DNA from: Takakia lepidozioides
Lineage: Eukaryota > Plantae > Bryophyta
NCBI GenBank assembly: GCA_030704615.1
Contig: CM060734.1
Coordinates: forward strand, 26,536,001-26,600,000
Length of the DNA stretch: 64,000 nt
Direction of reading: 5' to 3'
Shown in pieces: positions 1 through 12,766 of the stretch. Position numbers and translations under genes: made by a program. Below the pieces are notes generated by a model. That model did no database searches and had not been told where the DNA came from. It was given only the letters and a program-made list of their open reading frames with translations. How positions within the stretch are numbered: position 1 is the stretch's first letter; each line of letters begins with the position of its first letter.

Positions 1-2835
1 ATGGCGGTCGCTTTTATTTTTCATTTTTTAAATAAAGCGACCGCCATTACTGGTGCTCGCTTGTATATTTTTAATGTCTAAAAATGTTGCGACTGCCAGT
101 AATGGCGATCGTTTTTTTGTTTTTTTGTTTTTTTTTTCTAATAGAGCGACCGTCGTTACTTGCGGTCGTTTTTATTGTTTAATTTTTTAAATAGAGCGAC
201 CATCATACCACCATTACTGGCGGTCGTGTTTTTTTTGTTGTTTTTTTAAAATAAAGCGACCGCCATGGTTGCGGTCGCTTCTAGAAGGTGTGCGTTACGC
301 ATGGACCGAGGAATGAGAGGGGGGGGGGAGATAAGCCAAGGGAGGTTCATTCTCCCTTCACTTCCTCTCCACACAACTTATGTGCGACCGCCATTATTGA
401 CGATCGTTTTTATTTTTTATTTTTTAAATAGAGCGATGGCCATTATTGGCGGTCGCTTGTGTATTTTTAATTTTTGAAAATGCTGCGACTGCCAGTTATG
501 GCGGTCACTTTTAATTTCATTTTTTTTAAATAGAGCGACCGCCATTACTAGTGGACGCTTGTATATTTTTAATTTCTGAAAATGTTGCGACTGCCAGTAA
601 TGGCGGTCGTTTTTTTTTTTTTTGGATTTTCTAATAGAGCGACCGTCGTTACTGGCGGTCGCTTTTATTGTTTAATTTTTTAAATAGAGCGACCGTCATT
701 ACTGGCGGTCGCTTTTTTGTTGTTTTTTTTAAATGTAGCGACTGCCATGGTGGCGGTCGCTTCTAAAAGGTGTGCCTTACGCGTGGATCGAGGAATGAGA
801 GGGGGGAGTCAGATAAGCCAAATGAGGCTCATTCTCCCCTCACTTCCTCTCCACACAACTTATGTGCGACCGCCATTATTGGCGGTCATTTTTGTTTTTT
901 ATTTATTTTTAAATAGAGCGACGGCCATTACTGCGGTCGCTTGTATATTTTTAATTTCTGAAAATGTTGCGACCGCCAATTATGGCGGTCGCTTTTATTT
1001 TTTATTTTTTTAAATAGAGCGACCGCCATTACTGGTGGTCACTTGTATATTTTTAGTTTCTGAAAATGTTGCGACCGCCAGTAATGGCGGTCACTTTTAT
1101 TTTTTTCGGTTTTTTCAATAGATCGACCGTCATTACTGGCGTTCGCTTTTATTGTTTAATTTTTCAAATAGAACGACCGCCATTACTGGCGGTCGCTTTT
1201 TTGTTGTTTTTTTTAAATGTAGCGACCGCCATGGTGGCCGTCACTTCTAGAAGGTGTGCCTTACGCGTGGACCGAGGAATGAGAGGGGGGGGTTTGAGAT
1301 AAGCCAAAGGAGGCTCATTCTTCCCTCACTTCCTCTCCACACAATTTATGTGCGACCGCCATTATTGACGGTCGCTTTTGTTTTTTATTTATTTTTAAAT
1401 AGAGCGACGGCCATTACTGGCAGTCGCTTGTATATTTTTAATTTCTGAAAATCATGCGATCGCCAGTTATGGCGGTCGTTTTTTTTATTTTTTAAATAGA
1501 GCGACCGCCATTACTGGTGGTCGATTGTATATTTTTAATTTCTGAAAATGTTGCGACCGCCAGTATTGGCCGTCGTTTTTTTTTTTTTTTTTTTTTTTAA
1601 TAGAGCAACCGTCGTTACTGGCGGTCGCTTTTATTGTTTAATTTTTTAAATAGAACGACCGCCATTACTGGCGGTCGTTTTTTTGTTGTTTTTTTTAAAT
1701 GTAGCGACCGCCATGGTGGCGGTCGCTTCTAGAAGGTGTGCCTTATGCGTGGACTGAGGAATGAGAGGGGGGGGGGTCAGATAAGCCAAAGGAGGCTCAT
1801 TCTCCCCTCACTTCCTCTCCACACAACTTATGTGCGCCCGCCATTATTGGCGGTCGCTTTTGTTTTTTATTTATTTTTAAATAGAACGACGGCCATTACT
1901 GGCGGTTGCTTGTATATTTTTAATTTCTGAAAATGCTGCGTCCGCCAGTTATGGCGGTCGCTTTTATTTTAAATTTTTTTAAATAGAACGACCGCCGTGG
2001 TCGCATGTATATTTTTAATTTCTGAAAATGTTACGACTGCAGTAATGGCGGTCGCTTTTATTTTTTTCGATTTTTTTAATAGAGCGACCGTCGATATTGG
2101 CGGTCGCTTTTATTGTTTAATTTTTTAAATAGAGCGACCGCCATTACTGGCGGTCGCTTTTTTGTTAGTTTTTTAAAATGTAGCGACCGCGATGGTGGCG
2201 GTCGCTTCTAGAAGGTGTGCCTTACGCGTGGACCGAGGAATGGGAGGGGCGGGGGGGAGATAAGCCAATGGAGGCTCATTCTTCCCTCACTTCCTCTCCA
2301 CACAATTTATTTTCGACCGCCATTATTGGCGGTCGTTTTTTTTTTTAAAAAAAATAGAGCGACGGCCATTACTTGCGCTCGTTTGTATATTTTTAATTTC
2401 TGAAAATGCTGCGACCGCCAGTTATGGCGATCGCTTTTATTTTTCAATCCGACCGCCGTTACTGGTGGTTGCTTGTATAATTTTTAATTTCGGAAAATAT
2501 TGCGACTGCCAGTAATGGCGGTCGTTTTTTTTTTGGGTTTTTTTTAATAAAACGACCGTCATTACTGGCGGTCACTTTTATTGTTTATTTTTTTAAATAG
2601 AACCGTCATTACTGGCGGTCACTTTTATTGTTTAATTTTTTAAATAGAACCGTCATTACTGGCGGTCGTTTTTTTGTTGTTTTTTTAAAATGTTGTGACC
2701 GCCATGGTGGCGGTCGCTTCTAGAAGGTATGCCTTACACATGGACCGAGGAATGAGAGAGAAATGGTGGGGTGGGGGGCAAATAAGCCAAGGGAGGCTCA
2801 TTCTCCCCTCACTTCCTCTCCACACAACTTATGTG
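1..2835. repeat. Higher-order tandem array: ~482-bp units, each with 8 palindromic GCGACCGCCA-N3/4-TGGCGGTCGC sub-repeats (~50-bp period, AT-rich spacers) plus one ~105-bp unique segment
   Basis: The unique segment (gtgtgccttacgcgtggaccgaggaatgagaggggg...cttcctctccacacaacttatgt) recurs near 288, 770, 1254, 1736, 2215 and 2727. The array runs off the left edge. Confidence 0.95.
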
Positions 2836-3175
2836 TGCGTGACATGTAATTATTCCACGACACGTAGTCACGTGGAGAAGCAGGCCATTGGCTGGGGGGG
2901 ATTTTTTTGCCGCAATTTCTGTGAAGTCGTTGAAAATGCTTCTATAGCCCCTCATCTGGCTTCCGGGAACATTTCATTCTACAAAATTAGCTTCTAATAA
3001 CTATTATGGCATTTATTCAAACCCGTTTCGTGTTAAGGGTTAAGGGTCAATTGTAACTTTTCGATCGAGATCGCAGTTCCTTAATTCTTAGCCATTTTCA
3101 CGTTTGCTTCATTAGTGTTTAACTTTTCGTTACTTATTAGTAAATGTCGTTTAGGGTTGCTTCGATTGTTAGAAA

Positions 3176-4052
3176 ATGGCAGAGGCCGGCCAGGACGATG
3201 AGCGTCATGGAAGAGATGACCCTTATGAACATAGACTGTCCCCTAAGAAAATCAAATGGTCAAGGCATGACTTGAATTGGGAAGTATGTGATGACCCTAG
3301 CATACTAGCAGAAGAGGGATGGGAGGATTTTCCAAAAGAGTTCAGGTGGCCGAGCACGAGATGCAAAAAATTCGTGAAATGGTGTCACATCAATCAGTTG
3401 TGGCCTAGACCTAGGCATGTGGTGTAAACCAGAAACAATTGCGTGGACTCCAGGTCTTGCATGAACTTGCATTTCCAGCATAGGGCGACTGAGGTGCATT
3501 GCACGCTATGGGGTGAACCACTCTTAAAGGGCTAAATCTCGTACACCTTGTCAGCCATGTTGTACGTGGAGATGATACTGTTGTGTCCAGTGAATTAGCA
3601 AACTGAGACAAATTGGAACTGAACACCCCTGGCTACGATACTGGGCGTGCGCGAGACACCGGTACCCCAGGCTATGATACTAGGCGTGCCCGAGGCACCG
3701 GTGCTACAAGTATCTGGAACGTTAGAGAATGAACTGGTGGAAACAAAACAACGAGTCCGAACCCTGCAAGACCTTGTGGAATGACAGACTGCGCATAGCC
3801 GAGTTGGAGGGTACATTACAAAACACGCCTCGAAACAATGAAGGCATTGTCCACAATAACGTTCGAACGAACGACGTGGACATGTCCGCGGAGTTTACAA
3901 TGTCAGATCGCAGTATTGACCGCATCATTGCCGGAATTACGGACGTCTTTGACCCTCGTCACGTCGTGAGATTCTGCAAGAAAGTCAACTTTCGCCGCAA
4001 AGTAAGCGGATGCTGGTCAGAATTGATCACATGTCATTGGGCCCCTCATTGA
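3176..4052 (+). pseudogene. Disrupted ORF of unknown function, probably a transposon (CACTA) accessory gene
   Basis: Protein-like frame MAEAGQDD...WPRPRHVV continues across stops and frameshifts into coiled-coil-like LENELVETKQRVRTLQDLVE / LRIAELEGTLQ. A 39-bp tandem duplication lies at ~3625-3700. Confidence 0.4.
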
Positions 4053-4589
4053 CCACGAGATCACGGTCCCAGGCTCTCCGTATTGGCAGTGCAAATCACG
4101 CCACAACATCACATCCCTTGTCCCCGGACAGTGACGACGAGGATTCGAATAAGTACCAACGTAGTACATAGACAATGTGGATTTTTGTTGTACCTTGAAA
4201 TTTCTGAAACACACTGATAACACTTCGTCAATTTTGTATATGTACCAATTTTGTTAATACACATGTGCGGCACCTATAAATTTCAATTGCATGAATAGCG
4301 TAACGCGTTTCTTCCGGTTTTGCACTCATGTGATGTGGAAGAAGTGGTTCACTCTCAAATTTACAATGGTGTAATATTTGGTCATGACATGTATGTGGGT
4401 ATCTGCAATGAACTCCGAAAGATGGGCAACAAGAAAAATGGATGTTAACCAATAAGTTATAACGAGTTACGAACGCTCATCTTCCTGACAAATTTCACCT
4501 AGTCTCGTATTACATAATCATGTCAAAAATTCGATCTACGTATAAAGAACATACCCACAAAGTTAACAAATCACAATATAATTTTGATT

Positions 4590-7500
4590 AATCTCATATT
4601 ACTGTGGGACCTATCAGATGGTACATTGGACATACTGGCCAAGTCTCGGAGCGAACGAAATCATTTGGATATGCAACCATCCGTTGGCCCATTGCACGAA
4701 TTTCGTTTCATCTCATATTACTCTGGGACCTCTTAGATGGTACATTGAACACACTCGCAAAGTCTGAAAGCGAACCAAAATCGTTCGGATGGGCAACCAT
4801 CCGTTCAACCATCGAATGAATTTTGGATTGATCTCATATTAGTCCAGGACCTGTGAGAATGTGTACCAAACGTACTGGAAAAGTTTGAAAATAAACAAAA
4901 ATGATTTGGATGGGCAACCATTCGTTCAACCGTTGGATGAATTTCGTTTGATGTGCTATTACTCTGGGACCTGTTGGACGGCGTTTCGGGTGCACATGAT
5001 TTTTTTTTTTCATTCCATTTTTAAGCCATATGTCTAATGACGGCATATGCTATGTGCGTGCCAAATTTCATAGTGAACAAAAGTCATTAGGACCCAAAAC
5101 CACAGTTTCTTCCCTAATTTGCACTCCAAACTTGATTTGTCTCCTATTTCATGCACTTTTCATAAAGAGTTCTGCAATAGCGAGCGAAGAGAACACTTTT
5201 ATAAATTTTCATTTTTGTTTGGTCCAAATTTTTGTAGGGATGTAGCGGTGGGAGGGTTGAAGCCAAAGAACAAGATTGAGCAAAAAAAAAACCGTTATGT
5301 AGCAGAAAACCCCAATCAAAGACAATGTAAACCTATTTATTTGCTTGAAATTCATTTAAACGTAATTTAATTGAAAATTGGTGGAAGGGCGAGGGCGTGG
5401 TTGGGGAGGCAAATGTTTGTTTCTTCTATTGGTTCCCCGCACATGTATTGCACACATATTCAAGCACATGCGGGAAAAAGATAGGCCTCAACATCATCCG
5501 TTCAATGGGTGCATTGGCCGTTCACCCATGACAGGATTTCTTTTTCGCAATGAACAAAATTGAATGACACATGAACGCCTCATTGGCCCATTGAATGAAT
5601 TTCGATTGATTTCATATTACTCCGTGACCTGTCAGATGGTACATTGAACATACTGGCCAAGTCTCGAAGCGAACGAAAATCATTTGGATGGGCAACGATC
5701 TGTTGGCCCATTTGACGAATTTCGTTTCACCTCATATTACTCTGGGACCTTTTACATGGTACATTGAGCACACTGGCAGAGTCCGAAAATGAACCAAAAA
5801 TTGTTCGGATGGGCAACCATCCATTCAGCCATCGAATGAATTTCGGTTGATCTCATATTAGTCCAGGACCTGTGAGAGGGTATACCGAACGTACTGGCAA
5901 AGTTTAAAAGCAAACAAAAATGATTTGGATGGGCAACCATCCGTTTGACCGTTGGATGAATTCCGTTTGATGTGCTATTACTTTGGGACCTGTTGGACGG
6001 CGTTTCGGGTGCACGTGATTTTTTTTTTCATTCCGTTTTTTTAGCCATATGTCTAATGATGGCATATGCAACGTGCGTGCCAAATTTCATAGCGAACAAA
6101 AGTCATTAAGACCCAAAACCACAATTTCTTCCATAATTTGCACTCCAAACTTGATTTGTCTTCTACTTCATGCACTCTTCATAAAGAGTTCTGCAATAGC
6201 GAACAAAGATAACACTTTTAGAAATTTTCATTTTTGTTTGGTCCAAAGTTTTGCAAGGATGTAGCGGTCGGAGGGTTGAAGCCGGAGAACAAGATTGAGC
6301 CAAAAATATAATCGTTACGTAGCAAAAAGACCCCAATCAAAGACAGTGTAAACCTATTTATATGCTTGAAATTTATTTAAACTCAATTTAATTGCAATTT
6401 GGTGGAAGGGCGAGGGCGTGGTTGGGGAGGCAAATGTTTGTTGCTTCTCTTGTTTCTCTGCACATGTGTTGCACACATATTCAAGCACATGCGGACAAAA
6501 GATGGGCCTCAACCTCATCCGTTCAATGGGTGTATTGGCCGTTCACCCATGGCAGGTTTTTTTTTTTTTCGCAATGAACAAAATTGGATGACATGTGAAC
6601 GCCTCATTGGCCTATTGAACAAATTTAGATTGATTTCATATTACTCAGGGACCTGTTAGATGGTACATTGAACATACTGGCCAAGTCTCGAAGCGAACGA
6701 AAATCATTTGGATAGGCAACCATCCGTTGGCCCATTGCACGAATTTCGTTTAATCTCATATAACTCTCGGACCTCTTAGATAGTACATTGAGCACACTGG
6801 CAAAGTCTTAAAGGGAACCAAAATCTCATATTAGTCCGGGACCTATGAAAGGGTGTACCGAATGTACTGACAAAGTTTGAAAGCAAACAAAAATGATTTG
6901 GATGGGCAACCATCCGTTCAACCGTTGGATGAATTTCGTTTGATGTGCTATAACTCTGGGATCTGTTGGACGGCGTTTCGGGTGCACAAGATTGAGCCAA
7001 AAATATAATCGTTACGTAGCAGGAAACCCCAATCAAAGACAGTGTAAACCTATTTATTTGCTTGAAATTTATTTAAACTCAATTTAATTGCGATTTGGTG
7101 GAAGGGCGAGGGCGTGGCTGGGGAGGCAAATGTTTGTTGCTTCTCTTGTTTCTCCGCACATGTGTTGCACACATATTCAAGCACATGCGAACAAAAGATG
7201 GGCCTCAACCTCATCCGTTCAATGGGTGTATTGGCCGTTCACCCACGACAGGATTTCTTTATCGCAATGAACAAAATTGAATGACACGTGAACGCCTCAT
7301 TGGCCCATTGAACGAATTTCGATTGATCTTATATTACTCTGGGACCTGTCAGATGGTACATTGGTCATACTGGCCATGTTTCGAAACAAACGAAAATAAT
7401 TTGGATGGGCAACCGTCCGTTGGCCCATTGGACGAATTTCGTTTCATCTCATATTACTCTGGGACCTCTTAGATGGTACATTGAACACACTGGCAAAGTC

Positions 7501-7775
7501 TGAAAGCGAACCAAAATCATTTGGATGGGCAACCATCTGTTCAGCCATCGAATGAATTTCGTTTCATCTCATATTAGTCCGGGACCTGATACATGGTATG
7601 TTGAACATAGTGGCAAAGTTTGAAAGCAAACAAAAATCATTTGGATGGTCAACCATTCGACCGCCATTCTTTTTCGCAATGAGCAAAACTTCATGATAGG
7701 TGAACGCGCCGTTGGCCCATTGAACGAATTTCGTTTCATCTTATATTACTCAAGGACCTGTGAGACGGTATACTG
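4590..7775. repeat. Higher-order tandem array: ~120-bp monomers (GGATGG-GCAA-CCATCC hairpin) organised into ~1.02-kb units
   Basis: Hairpin monomers near 4668, 4787, 4908, 5686, 5807, 5927, 6710, 6900, 7403, 7522 and 7643. Unique blocks repeat at 5030/6049 and 5378/6399/7095; the third unit is internally deleted. Confidence 0.9.
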
Positions 7776-7777
7776 AA

Positions 7778-7841
7778 GACGCCGGCGTGCGACAGCCGGG
7801 CGTAGCACGTCGGCGCCGCGCCATTTTGTTTTTCCTAAGTG
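7778..7841. mobile_element. Probable degenerate right terminus of a CACTA element containing the arrays to the left
   Basis: GC-rich gcgac/cgtcg subterminal motifs followed by TTTTCCTAAGTG, close to TTTTCCTGTAGTG, the reverse complement of the CACTACAGGAAAA terminus at 22345. Confidence 0.5.
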
Positions 7842-8367
7842 CTTGAAGCACCTGACCCCCCCCCCCCCCCCCCCCGTTTTGTTTGCTCTTTGGGAGAGAG
7901 AGAGGTGGGACTGTGGGGCTTAGGGCGGAGGAAGCTTACCTGCAAAGGTCGCCCCGGGTGGTCGCAACGCGGAGATGAACTCGCCCCAAGTTGCTGCTGC
8001 CGCTCCAACGCCGCGCCGCGCAGGTTTGTTTTGCCTCATTCCTCTCTTTATCTCTTTATCTCTTGCTAACCTCTCTCTCTCTCTCTCATGTGTGGCAAAA
8101 ACACCGTGGAGAGGCGTCCGCAAAGGAAGCGGAAGGAAAGAGAGAGGCGTGGGGGAGCGGGGGAGAGAGCGCTGCAGCGGCGGGGAGACGCGCCATTTGC
8201 AGCAGCCACGGCATCGCAGCAACAGATGTAGGTTTTCTCCCTCTCCCTCTCTAGTTAGTTCTTTATTATGGGGACTGAAAAAATAGAGGGAGAGAGAGGG
8301 AAAGAGGGGAAAGAGAGGGAGAGACAAGGGGAAAAAAACAAAAAAGATGGTGTGGGGGGGAGTGACT

Positions 8368-8931
8368 GAGCTGAGCGGGCAGGGATTGAAACACGGCCAG
8401 TAAGACCAAGCTGACTCTCCCAAGAACCTTGTAAACATGACCTAGAATACCAAATCATGGTACTATCAAGATCCAAGAGCCCACATTTGCGGGATGGAAA
8501 AACTTCTTCACCACGTACATTAAGAAAACGCCGCACCTTGCGATTGCGGTTGTCCCACCATCGTGAAGGATTTGTAAAAAACTCATGCCAGAGCTCCTTG
8601 CTACAAAATTCAGGGCCGAGTCTGAACCCTAAAGCAAAACAGGCTGAAATAGGTCGAAGAAGAAGGTGCCCTCACCACATTGTCCTCGAACTTGTGTCAT
8701 GACCCATGGAGGATTAGACTGACCATGAACCCAAGAAGACATCTTGTGTGTGCTGCTTGTGTCTGTAGTCAGGTAATGACGGATTGGCTTGTGAGAACCA
8801 CCACGGTGGAGCTGAGCGGGCAGAGATTGAAACACGGCCCGAAAGACCAAGCTTACTTTCCCAAGAACCTTGTAATCATTAGGAAGAATACCAAATCATG
8901 GTACTAAGCGGAGCCAAGAGCCCACATTTGC
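8368..8931 (-). pseudogene. Gene fragment with OSB-type PDF-motif exon-like segments between two ~120-bp direct repeats
   Basis: Minus strand 8600-8537 reads KELWHEFFTNPSRWWDNRNRK followed by gt. 8790-8676 reads NPSLPDYRHK/THKMSSWVHGQSNPPWVMTQ followed by gtgag. Direct repeats at 8368-8490 and 8809-8931. Confidence 0.75.
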
Positions 8932-9785
8932 ACATAATGCGCCCGTGACGCCATAAACCATTGCAACAATGGGATATGGGCCTCAATTTGGTCTTCGTCC
9001 TTCCCGCATGCCTTGTTCATCTCTCTCCCAAGCCTCCATCCATCTCTCAACACTTGGACGAATTCAGGCGAAGTACATAGTTAGTCTTCAACGGTCAACC
9101 CTTAGATCATTTTACACCTGACAACTAAAACAATCTCTATGAGCCGCACAAGCCCTAAAATACATTAAAATAAACTCAAGGAGGCGGAGGCGCTCACTAG
9201 GTGGAGCCCCGCACACCGGGTTGCGGTGGGGGTGGCTCCACAAGGGGTGGTGGTAGCTTAGCGGGACTTAGTTGGGGTGGCATAGGACTCACCCTGGGGC
9301 GGAGACCTCGTGGTGGGAGTCGTGGGGAGTCTTGGGACTCATCACGGTCCATAGGGGCCGTGGTGAGTGGGCCAAGACTCACCGCGACTCATCACCGGGA
9401 GTCGAGGGTGTTCGTGGTGGTTCGCCATAAAATGGCATGGTTGTTTGTGAAACCCCCGCGGACAGCTACAGAAGTATATATAGGGAGTAGTAACTCCAAG
9501 AACGGTGCAAGCCCGTTGGTGACCAAAAGCTAGTGAGTAAGCGAGCGAGCCGGAAAGCGACCAAAGAGTGGGGAGCTGTTCCGGACTGCCAACTACCAAA
9601 AGGGAATTCCGCTAGTTCTAAATTGTTGGAGGGTTCTTTGGGAGATCAAGGGGGGGACCGTTATGTCCCGGTGAGCAGCCGAAGCTCCAAGTTGGCCCGG
9701 CGGCCAGGTTGGGAGTTAGGTGCGCGCATCAAGCGAGTAACTATGACTTGAGGGGGGAGCTTACCGAAGTGAGGTGCGCGACACT

Positions 9786-9797
9786 TGGTATCAGAGC
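9786..9797 (+). promoter_or_regulatory. Primer-binding site complementary to initiator tRNA-Met
   Basis: TGGTATCAGAGC begins 2 nt after the LTR-terminal CA. Confidence 0.9.
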
Positions 9798-9838
9798 TTA
9801 GAGTTCAGTACGCGATCGTCCTTGGGATTGGCTTCATC

Positions 9839-11025
9839 ATGGGGTCGGGCAAGCCAAAGCGAAAGCGGAACGGCCAAAAAGATGATGATCATGGTGAGCC
9901 CGATGGGGGCGACGTGTCACCGAGGCGGCCGTTTCAGGAAGCGATACATGTTTCCGAAAACGAGGCCGCTCAAGAGCGGGAGGAATCAGAGGAGTCGGAG
10001 CCTGAGGAATCCTAGAGAGCTCCGACCGACCAACAGATGCCTCCCATGCCGGCAGCCTTTTGGGAAGGATTGTTGGCGCAATTTGGCGGGACGTTGAAAG
10101 ACGTGTTGAAGGCGGCTAATACCACTTCCACTAAGGCAAAGTTTAAGGTAAAGCCAAAGGAACCCGGCACCTTCGAGGGCGTCCGAATCGGAAGGTACTC
10201 AACACCTGGATCTTGGAGCTGAAGCAGTACTTCCGGGCGGCCAAGTTGAGTGACGAGGATCGGGTGGAAGTGGCTCCCACCTATTTGAGGGGTTATGCTC
10301 AACAATGGTGGCAGAAACGCCTTCACGACCGAGGTCCAAGCCCGGAAACCTTGAACTGGAGTGGGTTCAAGGAATTGATGAAGAGGCAGTTTGTGCCCCT
10401 CAACGCGTCCTGGCTCGCCCGGGACAAGATAAGGAATTTGAGCCGGTTAAAGGGAGTCAGTTATTGTTCGTGGATGGGATAATATCCGGAACTAACGAGT
10501 TGTTGTTGGTGGACATAGGAGCGTCGCACTCCTTCATGACACCGGCAACAGCACAAAAGCTGGGACTCCCGACAAGTGACGTGGGGGCCTCTATTGAGGT
10601 GCGTTCTGCCAAAGGAGAACCGCAATTGGCGACAAGGTTGGCGTTTGATGTTCCTCTTCAACTGGGGAGTTGGGAGGGACGTGAGAACTTCACCATCTGC
10701 GAGATCGATGGAGTGGATCTCATTTTGGGGATGACCTTTTTGAGCAAATCCGGAGCGGTCATAGATGGCCGCAAGAGAGTAGTCACGCTGCCATGTGGGA
10801 ATGGTGGCGAGGTCTTACGAGTGTCGGAAACGCCCAAACCCGTGGGAGGGCGAATAAACCTCCTGTCAGTAAGGGAGTGGGCCGTGGAGGAGGCACACGA
10901 GCCCCAGTTTTTGCTCTATATTAAATAAGTGAAGGGAGAAGGCGATGGGGAGCCGAGCCCAGATTGGATCAAGGGGATTTTGGAGAAATACCAGGATGTG
11001 ATGCCGGAGGATTTACCAAGCGGTC
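9839..11025 (+). pseudogene. Chromovirus gag (partly deleted) and aspartic protease
   Basis: KVKPKEPGTFEG, YLRGYAQQWW..W..FKELMKRQF gag motifs; protease in ORF 10305-10928; frame continues to KYQDVMPEDLPSG; stops and frameshifts. Confidence 0.9.
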
Positions 11026-12766
11026 CTTTCGACAGCGGCATAGCAGTTATGAAATCCATCGAGACGCTTTCCCAAGTCCCCTCTGGAATCGGCAAGGGTT
11101 GTAACAGCCCCGCCTGCTTTTTGTACTCGCTCCGGTTTTGTTGGCATGTGGTGCATGTCTTGACATACTCCTCTGCCTCCTCCCTCAATTTGGGCCAGAA
11201 ATACTCTTTCTTCAAGAGTGCCGCAGTGCGCTTGGTTCCACCGTGGCCCGCAAGCGGGCTATCATGGCATTCTCTCAAGAGGCTATCTCTGATCCCTCCC
11301 TTCGGCACGTAGAGACGCTTTTGCTTATACCGGAGCAGTCCATTTTGCAAGTGGAACTGCGATTTAACCCCCATCCTCAAGTCCTGTATCACGGACTTCG
11401 CCAGCTCATCCTTCCGGCAAGCCTTCCGGATCTTCCTTTGGAGCGCCGTCTCGCCCCTGTACACCAACAAAAGCTGTTGCTTTCTACTTAAGGCATCGGC
11501 CACCACGTTGTCCTGTCCCGGTTTGTACTGGATATCCACGTCGAACACCGCCAAAGTATCTTGTCACCTAAGTTGTTTTGGGGACAACTTGGGCTGCGTG
11601 GCAAAATACTTCACCGTGACATTGTCCGTGAACACCTTCACTGGGTTGGAACCAACATAGTGGCGCCAAAGCTCAAGACAGTGCACCACCGCCTTCATCT
11701 TTTTCTCGTGCGTCGGCCACCGTCGCTCCACTTCATTCAGTTTCTTACTTTCGTAAGCCATTGGGCGTCCATCTTGCATCAGTACACCCCCAATCGCAAA
11801 GTCCGACGCATCTGTATGAATATCGAACGGACGATCGAACTCCGAGATTTTCAAGACTAGAGCTTCCGCCATCCGCTGCTTCAATTCAGCAAAAGCTTGG
11901 CCACAAAAGGTGTTCCATGCCCAGACTTTGGATTTACATAGAAGGTCTGACAGCGGCCCCGCGATCTTGGCGAAATTTCTCACATACTTCCGGTAATAGG
12001 AGGCGAGTCCTAGGAAGGATCGCACTCCCGGGACCGAAGTCGGAGGCTCCCAGTCCAAGATCGCCCTCACCTTTCTGTCATCCATTTTGATCCCATCTTG
12101 TGTAATCACATGCCCCAAGAACTCCACTTTCGTGACCCCGAATTCGCACTTTGAAGCTTTGGCGTATAGCTTCCCTTCCCGCAATTTTTGGAACACCCTT
12201 TTCAGGTGCTCCAGGTGCTCCTCCTTTATTTTCGAGTATACCAAGATGTCGTCGATGTACATGATCATAAAGTCATCCAACCACTCCTGAAAAAGGCTGT
12301 TCATCAGCGTGCTGAATGTCGCTGGTGCATTGGTGAGCCCAAAAGGCATCACCAAGAACTCATATTAACCATACCTTGTCCTGCACGCGGTCTTCTCCTC
12401 ATCTCCTTCCGCCACCCGAATTTGATGATAGCCGGAGCGCAAGTCGATCCGGCTGAAATACTTCGCTCCTGCCAACCGATCGAAGAGGTCTTCGATCCTT
12501 GGCAAAGGGTACCGGTTTTTGATAGTCACCTTATTCAGAGCCCTGTAATCGACACATATCCGCAGCGTCCCATTCTTTTTATCTGCAAATAGCACCGGGG
12601 CTCCGTAAGGCGACTTACTCGGCCGGATGTACCCCTTTGACATTAGATCTTTGAGCTAAGTCTTTAGCTCGACCAACTCTCTGTGGCTCAACCGGTAGGG
12701 CGCCTTGGCAGGCGGTTCCGATCCCGGTATCACCTCAATCTTGTGGTCAACTCCTCTTCGCGGTGG
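11026..12766 (-). pseudogene. Inverted internal segment: RT, RNase H and integrase zinc finger of the same chromovirus
   Basis: Minus strand: [78 protein letters not shown]. Confidence 0.95.

Noticed and set aside
1-2835. CRISPR-like array (24-bp palindromic repeats with ~26-bp spacers)
   Set aside because: Spacers are low-complexity and recur every 482 bp, repeats are degenerate, there are no cas genes, and the context is eukaryotic.
265-7472. Many short ORFs within the tandem arrays
   Set aside because: Chance frames repeated with the array period and broken by homopolymer length variation.
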